The notes below the pieces were generated by a model. The model did not search any database. It was not told where the DNA came from and was given only the letters and a program-made list of their open reading frames with translations. Below are positions 36,652-47,780 of a stretch of 64,000 nucleotides of DNA, in pieces. How positions within the stretch are numbered: position 1 is the first letter of the stretch; every line of letters begins with the position of its first letter. The DNA lies in assembly GCF_006345805.1 (NCBI RefSeq), contig NW_021832228.1:1-64000 (forward strand). The letters run 5' to 3'. Both the position numbers and the translations under genes were made by a program. The stretch comes from Octopus sinensis. Its lineage: Eukaryota.

Positions 36652-37454
36652 AATTATTCATTGAATAAGAAATTAATTAAACGAATTTCCAGCTTAATAG
36701 ACCATTCTCCTCTTTGCCCTAACACGGACAACCTTGACCGGTCTCCAAACTTCTTTTAGGCAATCTAAAGGATCATTCTTCTATTTCCGGATGAGACGAC
36801 TTTCATCAGGTTCAATCAAAACTATAATTTAAATTTGAGCAATTATGTTAATTGGCACTATTCTAATGATCTTAAAATGACACAAATTACTTAGTTCTTT
36901 TTATTAACAATTCATGAGGCCAAAAGATTAATTGGCCGGAACCCTTTACCAACACCCTAAAAGCAGTTATTATAAAAAGGCAACAAAAAATGGTGAAGAA
37001 AGCCTTTATTCCTGCGAGTCCCCTATACGAACTTTTGTTTAACTACCTCAAAAATTGTCCCCGTTTTGAGCTATCGACATGCCCTTGCTGGAGAACTGTC
37101 TAGGACTCTTGTTCACATCAGACAAAACCTCTATTGCTATGGTCTGGGATCACTTAGTTAGCTAGGACTCCTCTTTTTTTCCTTATAATTCGGTGATCCT
37201 GGGGTAACAATAAATAAATAAAATATTAACAACACACAGCTAACGCACCGCAAAACCAAATAGTTGTTTCCCTGATGACCTCCATCAAGAAACCCCGAAA
37301 CAACCACCGGTCTCACGAGGGTCTTTAGTGCACACAGAGATTAACAAACCAATCCTTCTGACAAAAGGGAAAGTGGATAGTCCAAAAATTCCGGAAGTTA
37401 TCACGATTTTTCCCGTTCTCTGTTTCTCTTTGGGAACTTAACTGCATTGTATAA

Positions 37455-38310
37455 AAAAAGATGGCGAAATCAGACTTTGTTGGTAATGTATTTAGAAAGC
37501 CTGCCGCAAAAATTGGGTGTGCAAGATCATCTATTCTCGTTCTACAAATTTTTCAAAACATTTAGCTAAGCATTGAAATTAAGGCTGGCTATAAAGCTTC
37601 CGTCCACGTTGTAAGAAACTATTGAGTTTGCCCACATATCTTATTTGATTTGCATCCTGATAAAACTTGAGATGAAGAACGCGTTTAATTGTATTAACCA
37701 TACATGTTTTCTGAACAAATGTTGGCTCAACATGGCTGACTTATTGCTTCTGGCAAACATCTGTGATAGGAGTTGCTCTGATCTCCCTATTAGAGGAAGA
37801 ACGATTAGAGTTCAACACGGTGACCCTCTCGGGTCATTATTGTTCTCTTTCTGACATTCCTCCAAATAATAAATAACCTGCAAAATATAACCAAACAACC
37901 ACCGTCTCTTTCATGTTCTGCTCAATCAGGGACCTTCCCTTATTCCCAGTGATCTCTGGCCACGCCCTCTGAGCCAACAACCTGACTCCCTCTCCCAAAT
38001 AGTGCCTATTAAAACACAAAGGTGTCAATAAAATCAATAAATATTGATTTTGCATTGATAAATTAAAACAGCTTACTACAGTTGACACAGTACTTGGACG
38101 CCGTTTTATATTCGTACCAATTGCTTTGGAGACATCGGGCGTTGCAGGGCCTCTAACTTTGGCTTTCATCAGCGACATCGGGAGGAAATTGGCCCACAAG
38201 ACGAAAGAGCCACGCGAGGTTTCGTGGCTATTGCAGGGGATGTCCATCGCCATTCTCCGTGGCAACACGCATGCGGTACTTTCCGCAGGAGGGTGCGTGC
38301 TTTAGCCCCC
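37455..38310 (+). pseudogene. Decayed CRE element (RT and RLE remnants, internal deletion)
   Basis: KDGEIR/VGNVFRKPAAKI, MKNAFN, QHGDPLGSLLF, FVPIALETSGVAGP...MSIAILRGNTHAV. Confidence 0.75.
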
Positions 38311-38464
38311 CAGAATTTCCCCTCTGTACATTCCTAACTTAATTTGTTTTCTCTCGAATTAAAACATATTTTTTACAATAATAAACTAACAATTATTTTT
38401 TGATATAACTTTTGGTTAACCTACTAATTTATAAAATCTAAATCTAATTAACATCGACGCTACA

Positions 38465-39756
38465 ATGCTTTACAATCGATGCCATAAAGAAGGACAAGAT
38501 GATGATTCAGGTTGTATTTAATCACTATTTTTTATTTAGAATGGAACTTAAATACCTATTCTATACTAGTTGATCGGGTTAGATCAAAATTAGCAAAGAC
38601 TTCTTCTTCCTATAAAAAGTCCCTTAATCGAACAAACTGGGACGAAATTGCTTTTGATGGGTACTCTGGTGCCGAATGTAGACAAAAAGTCGAACTCCTA
38701 ATTTCTAGAGTTAATAACTGCCTATTATTTTTTAGACAAAAAAATTCCGGACCTTAGAAAGTCTTTTGACAGAAGTCAGTTCAAAATTGAAGAATGTAGT
38801 CAACAGAATTGTAAATTATCCTATATAGCATAAATAGAGTGAGGGGCCTGTTTTAAATGCTTACAATTTATTTGTCAAAAATAACTATAGCCGATTTCGA
38901 GCTGAGCATCCTGATATTCATATGATTGAGTTGACTAAACTAATGTCTCATCATTACAAAGGACTAGCTTCAGAACAAAAAGTATTTGTTAATCTAATTC
39001 AATAATAGCAAAAATATATCGATCAAGAATATCAGAATAATGCAAACTACCAATGCAACGACGAGTTTAGTAATTATTATTTAAATTAGACCAATTTCAC
39101 CCCCGAAACTTCCCAAACGTGCTTGGGAGCTGTTTATTTCAAAAAAAGTCAAGAAGAATCTGAAGAAAAACCCAAATGTCTGTGAAATATTTGATTATGA
39201 TAGATTTCGAAGGATGTTTTAGAAATAAGATTTGCAGAAAAATTTAAGAACCTAACCATTAAACAACAGTTTCACTATGTTCTGAAATATGAAAAACTAA
39301 GGGGACGATACGAAGTAATAAATTGATTTTTTACATTATAGAGAATATGTGAGGAATATGTGGCCTCAAATCCAGGCGCAAAACTTGAGAAAATATTAAC
39401 CCGTGATCTCAAAAGAGAGCGTGAAATCATTTTTGAATATTTAAATGTCCCTAATAAACCTTCAGTGTAATTAATTCTAAAGACATAATAAAATATTATA
39501 GTTCCTCTTTCGATTTATTTTTCGCGGAAAATGCATCTGAAGGTATGCAGAATGCCAAGATGCTATGGGATCAGTTGTCAGCACAAGAGAAACAAGAAAA
39601 GCAGGCACTGGTTTCAACGGTTGCTCTAATTTGTTGATTTTTTAGATGAACATAAATTATTCGAAAGCTTTTGAAGCATGTATCTCGAAACTCGATGACT
39701 ACCATTCATCACTGGTTATGAAATACTCATTTTTTGATCAAAAGCCTAAGGTTTAG
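38465..39756 (+). CDS. UBTF: Upstream binding factor (UBF)-like multi-HMG-box protein, ~350 aa, 10 exons
   Basis: Nine GT-AG introns (38511-39, 38710-35, 38811-37, 38982-39008, 39065-89, 39178-203, 39315-41, 39467-501, 39620-45) give one stop-free ORF. WNLNTYSIL...NWDEIAFDGYSGAECRQKV...KKFRTL matches the UBF N-terminal domain (DWEKVAFKDFSGDMCK...RKFRTL); three HMG-like boxes follow. Confidence 0.88.
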
Positions 39757-40599
39757 TAAATTTCCTATAATAAATACAGTCAAATTTCTCTAATTTATGA
39801 TTTTAATGATTTTCACTCTCTTTATTTCCTAAAAAATGAAGTTCTGTTTTTCCCTTATGTTTTCTATATCTTACCATTTTTTATTTTTTACCATTTTTTA
39901 AAATTAATTTTAAGTTTTTATTAATTAAATTAGTTAGATGCTTAATTATTTGATTAAGAAATGAATTACGTGTTTTTGTCTCGTGTTTTGGTAAATCATG
40001 ATGTTCTTTATATGTAACTTAATCAAAATATCGCTGATAATTAAAAGAAAAAATGGCTATTATTGAAAACTGCAAAAAAACTAACATGTAGAACACAGTA
40101 AAGTTTTCGAAATATTTTCCGTTCTAATCAAGAAGAAAATCAAACATCGAAATTTGAATTCTACACCACGAAATTTAAAATTTAAAAATATTGATTTGAG
40201 TTAAAGGAATGCGTTAATATGGTTAAAGCCCGCGATGACTCTTATAATGATGCAATCCTCCAGGAAAAAGCAAAGTTATTATATGGAAATGGAAATAGGT
40301 GTTCTAATTCAAATTAAACTAAAGTATTTAAAAAAACTAATGACTGGGTGTCGAAATTTAAAAAACGTCACAATATTTATATGGGAATTTCAGATTTTTG
40401 TAGATATTTATACAACCAAACTTCGTGGATGACTTCAAAAGAATTCAATTTATGGTTGATGGATATACAGGCAAAGTCATTAACTAGGGAAATTATGTTA
40501 ATTCCCTGGCATTAATGTTAATTTAATAGGACAAACTCATTGTTTAATTTTATTCTCCCGTTATAATTTTTAAATCATTCTTTGCGTAATTTTTAAATC

Positions 40600-41030
40600 A
40601 TATTCTTGGAGTGACATTTCTTGTAAGACGATCAACAATTGTTGGAATAAAACATGCCTCATGAGTAGAATTATTGCTCAATGTTCGTTATATTGCATGG
40701 TCCACCGTCATGCATTGATGATGAAAACGATACTTTGAAAATTTTCATGAATGTAGTAATAACAACGATAAACTATTTAAAGCCAAAGCACTCAATTCGC
40801 GTCTCAATTTTTAGATATTTTCTTGATATTTTGGATCTTAATAAATATTATTGTTTTTAAACAACCCATTTTCAATTTCAGTTGAAAATCTTTTTCCTGA
40901 AAATTGTATAATTCAGGAAGAATTCATCGACATGAAAAATAATGGATATGAAAAAAACGTATTCACTGAAGTTTCGCGAAGCAATTTCTGGGTTATCCTA
41001 TTAAGTTTGAGTTGATTCGTTGCCTTCTCA
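40600..41030 (+). pseudogene. Buster/ZBED5-type hAT transposase relic
   Basis: CMVHRHAL, INYLK-KALNSR, NPF...QEEFIDM...F...FW fragments. Confidence 0.6.
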
Positions 41031-42086
41031 ACCAACCTGTGAAACCATTTTGTGAAACCTGATTTTGCACGCGAACTTTTCTTTTCTGTCAATTTTACTG
41101 CTCTTAAAAAAAAAGATCTCGGACACGTGTCAAGGCAGGCCAAAATCACAAGTTTCTCAAGTACGGTCACCTTCCAAACTAGTTGTTTACTCCAATCGCT
41201 TTGAATTCTTTTGGCATCTTCGGTCCCAAAACGGTTCGTTACAACAGTTCAGCTTTTCAAATTTGTTAATTGACAGATTTTTAATATGTTTAGGGAATTT
41301 GTTAATGTATTCTAGAGATTTTATCAATAAACTGCATAATTCCAGGCCTCTTCTAGAAGGGTGTTCATGGATAGGCCATTAGCATACATTGTAGTAGCCT
41401 ATAAAGAATCTAAGGTCTAGGAACGTCTGACTCCAGTTTTGCGTGCAAAAACGTTCATAAAACATCAAAATTGATATAACAATATTATTAATTTATTTAG
41501 TTTCTCATTTTCATTGTAAGTCTGACATCTTAAGTTACATCGTACATGGTTCCTTAGTTTGAGATAGTAAAAAGGTTTAGAGGAGGTTGAACAAGTTAAT
41601 ATAGTAGACGATCAAGGGAGGCAGTTGTCCTGAAAAAATCAGGTCGATTGGTTGCACACAAGTGGAGATCTCGCGTTTATTTTTGGTGAAAATAAAAACG
41701 CATTTTTAGATTTAAATAAGAACGCTATTATTTTAGAAGTGATTTATTATGTTTCTTGCCACTAAGGTAAATTTTGTTGACGTATTTGATCAAATTGAGT
41801 AAGATACTTGCTGTTTGATATATTAAAATATGAGACTTAAATAGATCCGACGTTGACCCTGAATGCCATCACACGTGGTGCACCCACTAGAAACAATTAA
41901 CACCCAATAAATTTAATAGATTTAAAACATAATAATTTATAACTAAATTAACTAAAATTTGCTCAGAGTTCGGATAGCACCTCGGTTTTCTCCTCAGACC
42001 TTCTTATAGAAATCAGAAACAGAATATATAACTCTCTCTAGGAAGATCTGATGAGATTTCTGAATACAGAAATGAATTTAGAACGT
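41030..42086 (+). mobile_element. ~1.05-kb non-autonomous composite element carrying a CRE-RLE fragment
   Basis: Same start (ACCAACCTGTGAAACCATTTT) and end (TTTAGAACGTCA) as ~56600-57847. The 5' part encodes frameshifted GHVSRQA...KYGHL...FGIFGPKTVR. Terminal hairpin ATTTCTG-AATA-CAGAAAT. Confidence 0.75.
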
Positions 42087-45000
42087 CAGTTCTCCACGTG
42101 TGTGATATCAATCAAGCTCATTTTTTCAGGGGTTAGTTTTAAATATTTTTCGATAATATGCGCTTTTTACAGCTCGTCTAAAACCTTTTTATCTACTCTA
42201 TTCTTGCGTTTTAAAATTTTTAACAAGATTTGCGTAATTATAAAGATCCATACTCAGTTCTCCACGTGTGTGATATCAATCGAGCTCGTTTTTTTCAGGG
42301 GATCAGTTTTAAATATTTCTCGATAATATGCGCTTTTTATAGCTCGTCGAGAACCTTTTTATCTACTCTATTCTTGCGTTTTAAAATTTTCGACATGATT
42401 TGCGTAATTATAAAGATCCATACTCAGTTCTCCACGTGTGTGATATCAATCGAGCTCGTTTTTTCAGGGGATCAGTTTTAAATATTTTTCGATAATATGC
42501 GCTTTTTATAGCTCGTCGAAAACCTTTTTATCTACTCTATTCTTGCGTTTTAAAATTTTCGACATGATTTGCGTAATTATAAAGATCCATACTCAGTTCT
42601 CCATGTGTGTGATATCAATCGAGCTCGTTTTTTCAGGGGATCAGTTTTAAATATTTTTCGATAATATGCGCTTTTTAAAGCTCGTCTAAAACCTTTTTAT
42701 CTACTCTATTCTTGCGTTTTAAAATTTTCGACATGATTTGCGTAATTATAAAGATCCATACTCAGTTCTCCACGTGTGTGATATCAATCGAGCTCGTTTT
42801 TTTCAGGGGATCAGTTTTAAATATTTCTCGATAATATGCGCTTTTTATAGCTCGTCGAGAACCTTTTTATCTACTCTATTCTTGCGTTTTAAAATTTTCG
42901 ACATGATTTGCGTAATTATAAAAATCCATACTCAGTTCTCCACGTGTGTGATATCAATCAAGCTCATTTTTTCAGGGGTTAGTTTTAAATATTTTTCGAT
43001 AATATGCGCTTTTTACAGCTCGTCTAAAACCTTTTTATCTACTCTATTCTTGCGTTTTAAAATTTTTAACAAGATTTGCGTAATTATAAAGATTTATACC
43101 CAGTTCTCCACGTGTGTGATATCAATCGAGCTCATTTATTCAGGCGTCAGTTTTAAATATTTTTCGATAATATGCGCTTTTTACAGCTCGTCTAAAACCT
43201 TTTTATCTACTCTATTCTTGCGTTTTAAAATTTTTAACAAGATTTGCGTAATTATAAAGATTCATACCCAGTTCTCCACGTGTGTGATATCAATCGAGCT
43301 CATTTATTCAGGCGTCAGTTTTAAATATTTTTCGATAATAGGCGCTTTTTATAGCTCGTCGAAAACCTTTTTATCTACTCTATTCTTGCGTTTTAAAATT
43401 TTCGACATGATTTGCGTAATTATAAAGATCCATACTCAGTTCTTCACGTGTGTGATATCAATCAAGCTCATTTTTTCAGGGGTTAGTTTTAAATATTTTT
43501 CGATAATATGCGCTTTTTACAGCTCGTCTAAAACCTTTTTATCTACTCTATTCTTGCGTTTTAAAATTTTTAACAAGATTTGCGTAATTATAAAGATTCA
43601 TACCCAGTTCTCCACGTGTGTGATATCAATCGAGCTCATTTATTCAGGCGTCAGTTTTAAATATTTTTCGATAATATGCGCTTTTTATAGCTCGTCGAAA
43701 ACCTTTTTATCTACTCTATTCTTGCGTTTTAAAATTTTTAACAAGATTTGCGTAATTATAAAGATTCATACCCAGTTCTCCACGTGTGTGATATCAATCG
43801 AGCTCATTTATTCAGGCGTCAGTTTTAAATATTTTTCGATAATATGCGCTTTTTATAGCTCGTCAAAAACCTTTTTATCTACTCTATTCTTGCGTTTTAA
43901 AATTTTCGACATGATTTGCGTAATTATAAAGATCCATACTCAGTTCTCCACGTGTGTGATATCAATCAAGCTCATTTTTTCAGGGGTTAGTTTTAAATAT
44001 TTTTCGATAATATGCGCTTTTTACAGCTCGTCTAAAACCTTTTTATCTACTCTATTCTTGCGTTTTAAAATTTTTAACAAGATTTGCGTAATTATAAAGA
44101 TTCATACCCAGTTCTCCACGTGTGTGATATCAATCGAGCTCATTTATTCAGGCGTCAGTTTTAAATATTTTTCGATATATGCGCTTTTTATAGCTCGTCG
44201 AAAACCTTTTTATCTACTATATTCTTGCGTTTTAAAATTTTCGACATGATTTGCGTAATTATAAAGATCCATACTCAGTCTCCACGTGTGTGATATCAAT
44301 CAAGCTCATTTTTTCAGGGGTTAGTTTTAAATATTTTTCGATATTGCGCTTTTTACAGCTCGTCTAAAACCTTTTTATCTACTCTATTCTTGCGTTTTAA
44401 AATTTTTGACAAGATTTGCGTAATTATAAAGATTCATACCCAGTTCTCCACGTGTGTGATATCAATCGAGCTCATTATTCAGGCGTCAGTTTTAAATATT
44501 TTTCGATAATATGCGCTTTTTACAGCTCGTCTAAAACCTTTTTATCTACTCTATTCTTGCGTTTTAAAATTTTTAACAAGATTTGCGATTATAAAGATTC
44601 ATACCCAGTTCTCACGTGTGTGATATCAATCGAGGCTCATTTATTCAGGCGTCAGTTTTAAATATTTTTCGATAATATGCGCTTTTTATAGCTCGTCGAA
44701 AACCTTTTTATCTACTCTATTCTTGCGTTTTAAAATTTTCGACATGATTTGCGTAATTATAAAGATCCATACTCAGTCTCCACGTGTGTGATATCAATCA
44801 AGCTCATTTTTTCAGGGGTTAGTTTTAAATATTTTTCGATAATATGCGCTTTTTACAGCTCGTCTAAAACCTTTTTATCTACTCTATTCTTGCGTTTTAA
44901 AATTTTTAACAAGATTTGCGTAATTATAAAGATTCATACCCAGTTCTCCACGTGTGTGATATCAATCGAGCTCATTTATTCAGGCGTCAGTTTTAAATAT

Positions 45001-45243
45001 TTTTCGATAATATGCGCTTTTTATAGCTCGTCGAAAACCTTTTTATCTACTCTATTCTTGCGTTTTAAAATTTTCGACATGATTTGCGTAATTATAAAGA
45101 TCCATACTCAGTTCTCCACGTGTGTGATATCAATCAAGCTCATTTTTTCAGGGGTTAGTTTTAAATATTTTTCGATAATATGCGCTTTTTATAGCTCGTC
45201 TAAAACCTTTTTATCTACTCTATTCTTGCGTTTTAAAATTTTC
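42087..45243 (+). repeat. 168-bp tandem satellite (19 monomers)
   Basis: Period 168 (e.g. 43101, 43269, 43437, 43605, 43773, 43941); three monomer variants. Confidence 0.98.
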
Positions 45244-45750
45244 TCGTGCCGTTGAGTGTCCTCCATGTATGGTAGATTGTAGAGGAGCATCTTCAGGCCG
45301 AACAAGACGAAATAGACAAGTATAATCAGTTGCTTAGCAATCTTTTATAACTGGTGTGTTTTTCATTAAGTTTTTGAATTGTTTAGTTCATACAATATTG
45401 AATGGACCTAGTTGGCCGGTTTGTTGTGGTTTGATTGAGTTTGTAAACATATGTTTGCAGTATGAAGAGGAAGACTTGTACTGATAAGTGCATGTAGGGG
45501 GAAATGCACATTACTCAAATTGAGGGATTAACTATATTGAAGTGTTCAAAGCGATCAAGAAATACTAGAGGGTGTTTGAGCATCCAGATTCCTCAGTTAG
45601 GAGTCAACTCGGACTTGTCTTAACGCATAGAAAATCCATGTTTTTTCTTGATGCTGCTCTCGACTGTCCTCACAGGGGAAAAGTCCTTCCAACTCGTTTT
45701 AGTATGTCGAATCGTTTTTTAATGCAAATTTCAACTTTATAAATAATAAA

Positions 45751-45965
45751 TGTCACAGTCGGTTAATGAAACACGCCGTTAATGAAACGTAAACATCAAA
45801 TTGATAAAATCCAATAAAATTCTTTCAATAAAACCAACATACTTAGATAATCTGGAACAATAAACTCCCTCGATCATCTCCCCATCTTCACTTTGGATCT
45901 TATATATATTGTTTGCCTTCTCCAGAACTCTGAATTTTCTTATTTCGACTCCATCAAACAAAGGA
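45751..45965 (-). mobile_element. Ginger-like element 3' end (TIR + integrase-like C-terminal fragment)
   Basis: TGTCACAGTCGGTTAATGAAACACGCCG terminus; KFRVLEKANNIYKIQSEDGEMIEGVY. Confidence 0.5.
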
Positions 45966-46134
45966 AATTTTTTAGTCCAAAGCTTTTCAAAAAAAAATTC
46001 TCGCGGCACACTAATCTTAAAAAAAATAATCCACGGCACACATTAAAAATAAAAAAAATAAATTTTTAAGATATGTAAAACTAAGTACAAAAATTGGTAA
46101 TTTAATGCCCAAATTTTTATTAATAATGAAAATT

Positions 46135-47325
46135 CTTTCCCTGACACACTGTTCTGAACGACATAGTTAAGCGGACCCTCGAAAATGCCGGATTCTCATC
46201 ACAGTTGGAACCGGTCGGCCTGGTTCGGGAGGATGGTAAACGTCCTGTTGGTTGCACACAAGTGGAGATCTCGGGGGGTGTTTTGTGGGGAAATAAAAAC
46301 TCATTTTTAATTAGAAATATCTAAGGTTCAGACAGTTCAGTTCCTTAGTATGAGATAGTAAAAAGGTTTAGAGGAGGTTGAACAAGTTAATATAGTAGAC
46401 GATCAAGGGAGGCAGTTGTCCTGGAAAAATCAGGTCGATTGGTTGTACACAAGTGGAGATCTCGGGGGGTGTTTCGTGGGGAAATAAAGACTCATTTTTA
46501 ATTAGAAATATCTAAAGTTCAGACAGTTCAGCTTTTCAAATTTCTAAATTGACTGATTTATAATATTTTAGGGAATTTGTTAATGTATTCTAGAGATTTT
46601 ATCAATAAACTGCATAATTCCAGGCCTCTTCTAGAAAGGTAATTTTTGATAGGCCATTAGCATACATTGTAGTAGCCTATAAAGAAACTAAGGTCTAGGA
46701 ACGTCTGACTCCAGTTTTGCATGCAAAAACGTTCATAAAACATCAAAATTGATATATAACAATATTTTTAATTTATTTATTTTCTTATTTACATTGTAAG
46801 TCTGACATCTTAAGTTACATCGTACATGGTTCCTTAGTATGAGATAGTAAAAAGGTTTAGAGGAGGTTGAACATATTAATAAATAGACGATCAATGGAGG
46901 CAGTTGTCGTGAAAAATCAGGTCGATTGGTTGCACACAAGTGGAGATCTTGGGGGGTGTTTTGTCGGGAAATAAAGACTCATTTTTAGTTAGAAATATCT
47001 AAAGTTCAGACAGTTCAGCTTTTCAAATTTCTAAATTGACTGATTTATAATATTTTATGGAATTTGTTAATGTATTCTAGAGATTTTATCAATAAACTTC
47101 ATAATTCCAGGCCTCTTCTAGAAGGGTCCTTATGGATAGGCCATTCGCATACATTGTAGTAGACTTTAAAGAAACTAAGGTCTAGGAACGTCTGACTCCA
47201 GTTTTGCATGAAAAAACGTTCATAAAACATCAAAATTGATATATAACAATATTTTTAATTTATTTATTTTCTTATTTACATTGTAAGTCTGACATCTTAA
47301 GTTAGATCGTACATAGTTCCTTAGT
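46135..47325 (+). repeat. CRE fragment followed by ~488-bp tandem copies of the internal part of the composite element
   Basis: [34 protein letters not shown] at 46140-46235. Period 488 (AAAGTTCAGACAGTTCAGC at about 46514 and 47002). Confidence 0.8.
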
Positions 47326-47780
47326 CGCATTTTGCATTTTGGAAGCCGGGAGTTCTTGGTTACCGTAGCTCTTCACTATATTCTGATGGTCCATTAGGGT
47401 TGCAATTTTTTTCTCCGTAGCTTCAACCCAGTTAGAATTAGTCCTCATTGCGAAATCTCGTCAATTCTTCTATGGGGAGTTGTTGTTGTTGTTGCATAAC
47501 CCCGGTCTCACATTAAAGTATGAGTGATCTTCGGCACAGCAGAGGTTGCATACCGGGGAGATCACGGCGTTCAATGAGTGAGCGTAGGAGTTTAGTGAGT
47601 GGTGGTGGCCCGAGCGGAAACGAGCAAGGTTGATCTGAGCGGAACGCTCCAGAAGCATTTCGGAGGGGTGAACTTCCGGAGGAAGTTTGTTGAGGACAGA
47701 GTTAGGCTTCAGCCTTAGAATGGACGACGTTGAAATGAAGTCATGGATTTTTTTCATTGGCTGTGAACATTGGTTTAGGC

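Larger units (their letters stand above)
32911..37444 (-). mobile_element. Apparently intact two-ORF Jockey/I-group LINE
   Basis: ORF1 and ORF2 uninterrupted with a 25-nt overlap; AATAAA then (CTATT)4 tail. The 5' end is placed tentatively at CAGTT (37444); no TSD found. Confidence 0.88.

Noticed and set aside
42046-42090. Hammerhead-like CTGATGA-stem-GAA...GTC at the end of the composite element (also ~57.8 kb)
   Set aside because: Stem II is present, but the core reads GAAT rather than GAAA, the G10.1-C11.1 pair is missing, and stems I and III cannot form.
42738-44249. 503-aa ORF and neighbouring ORFs
   Set aside because: Read-through of the 168-bp satellite; broken by indels in adjacent monomers, with no domain signature.
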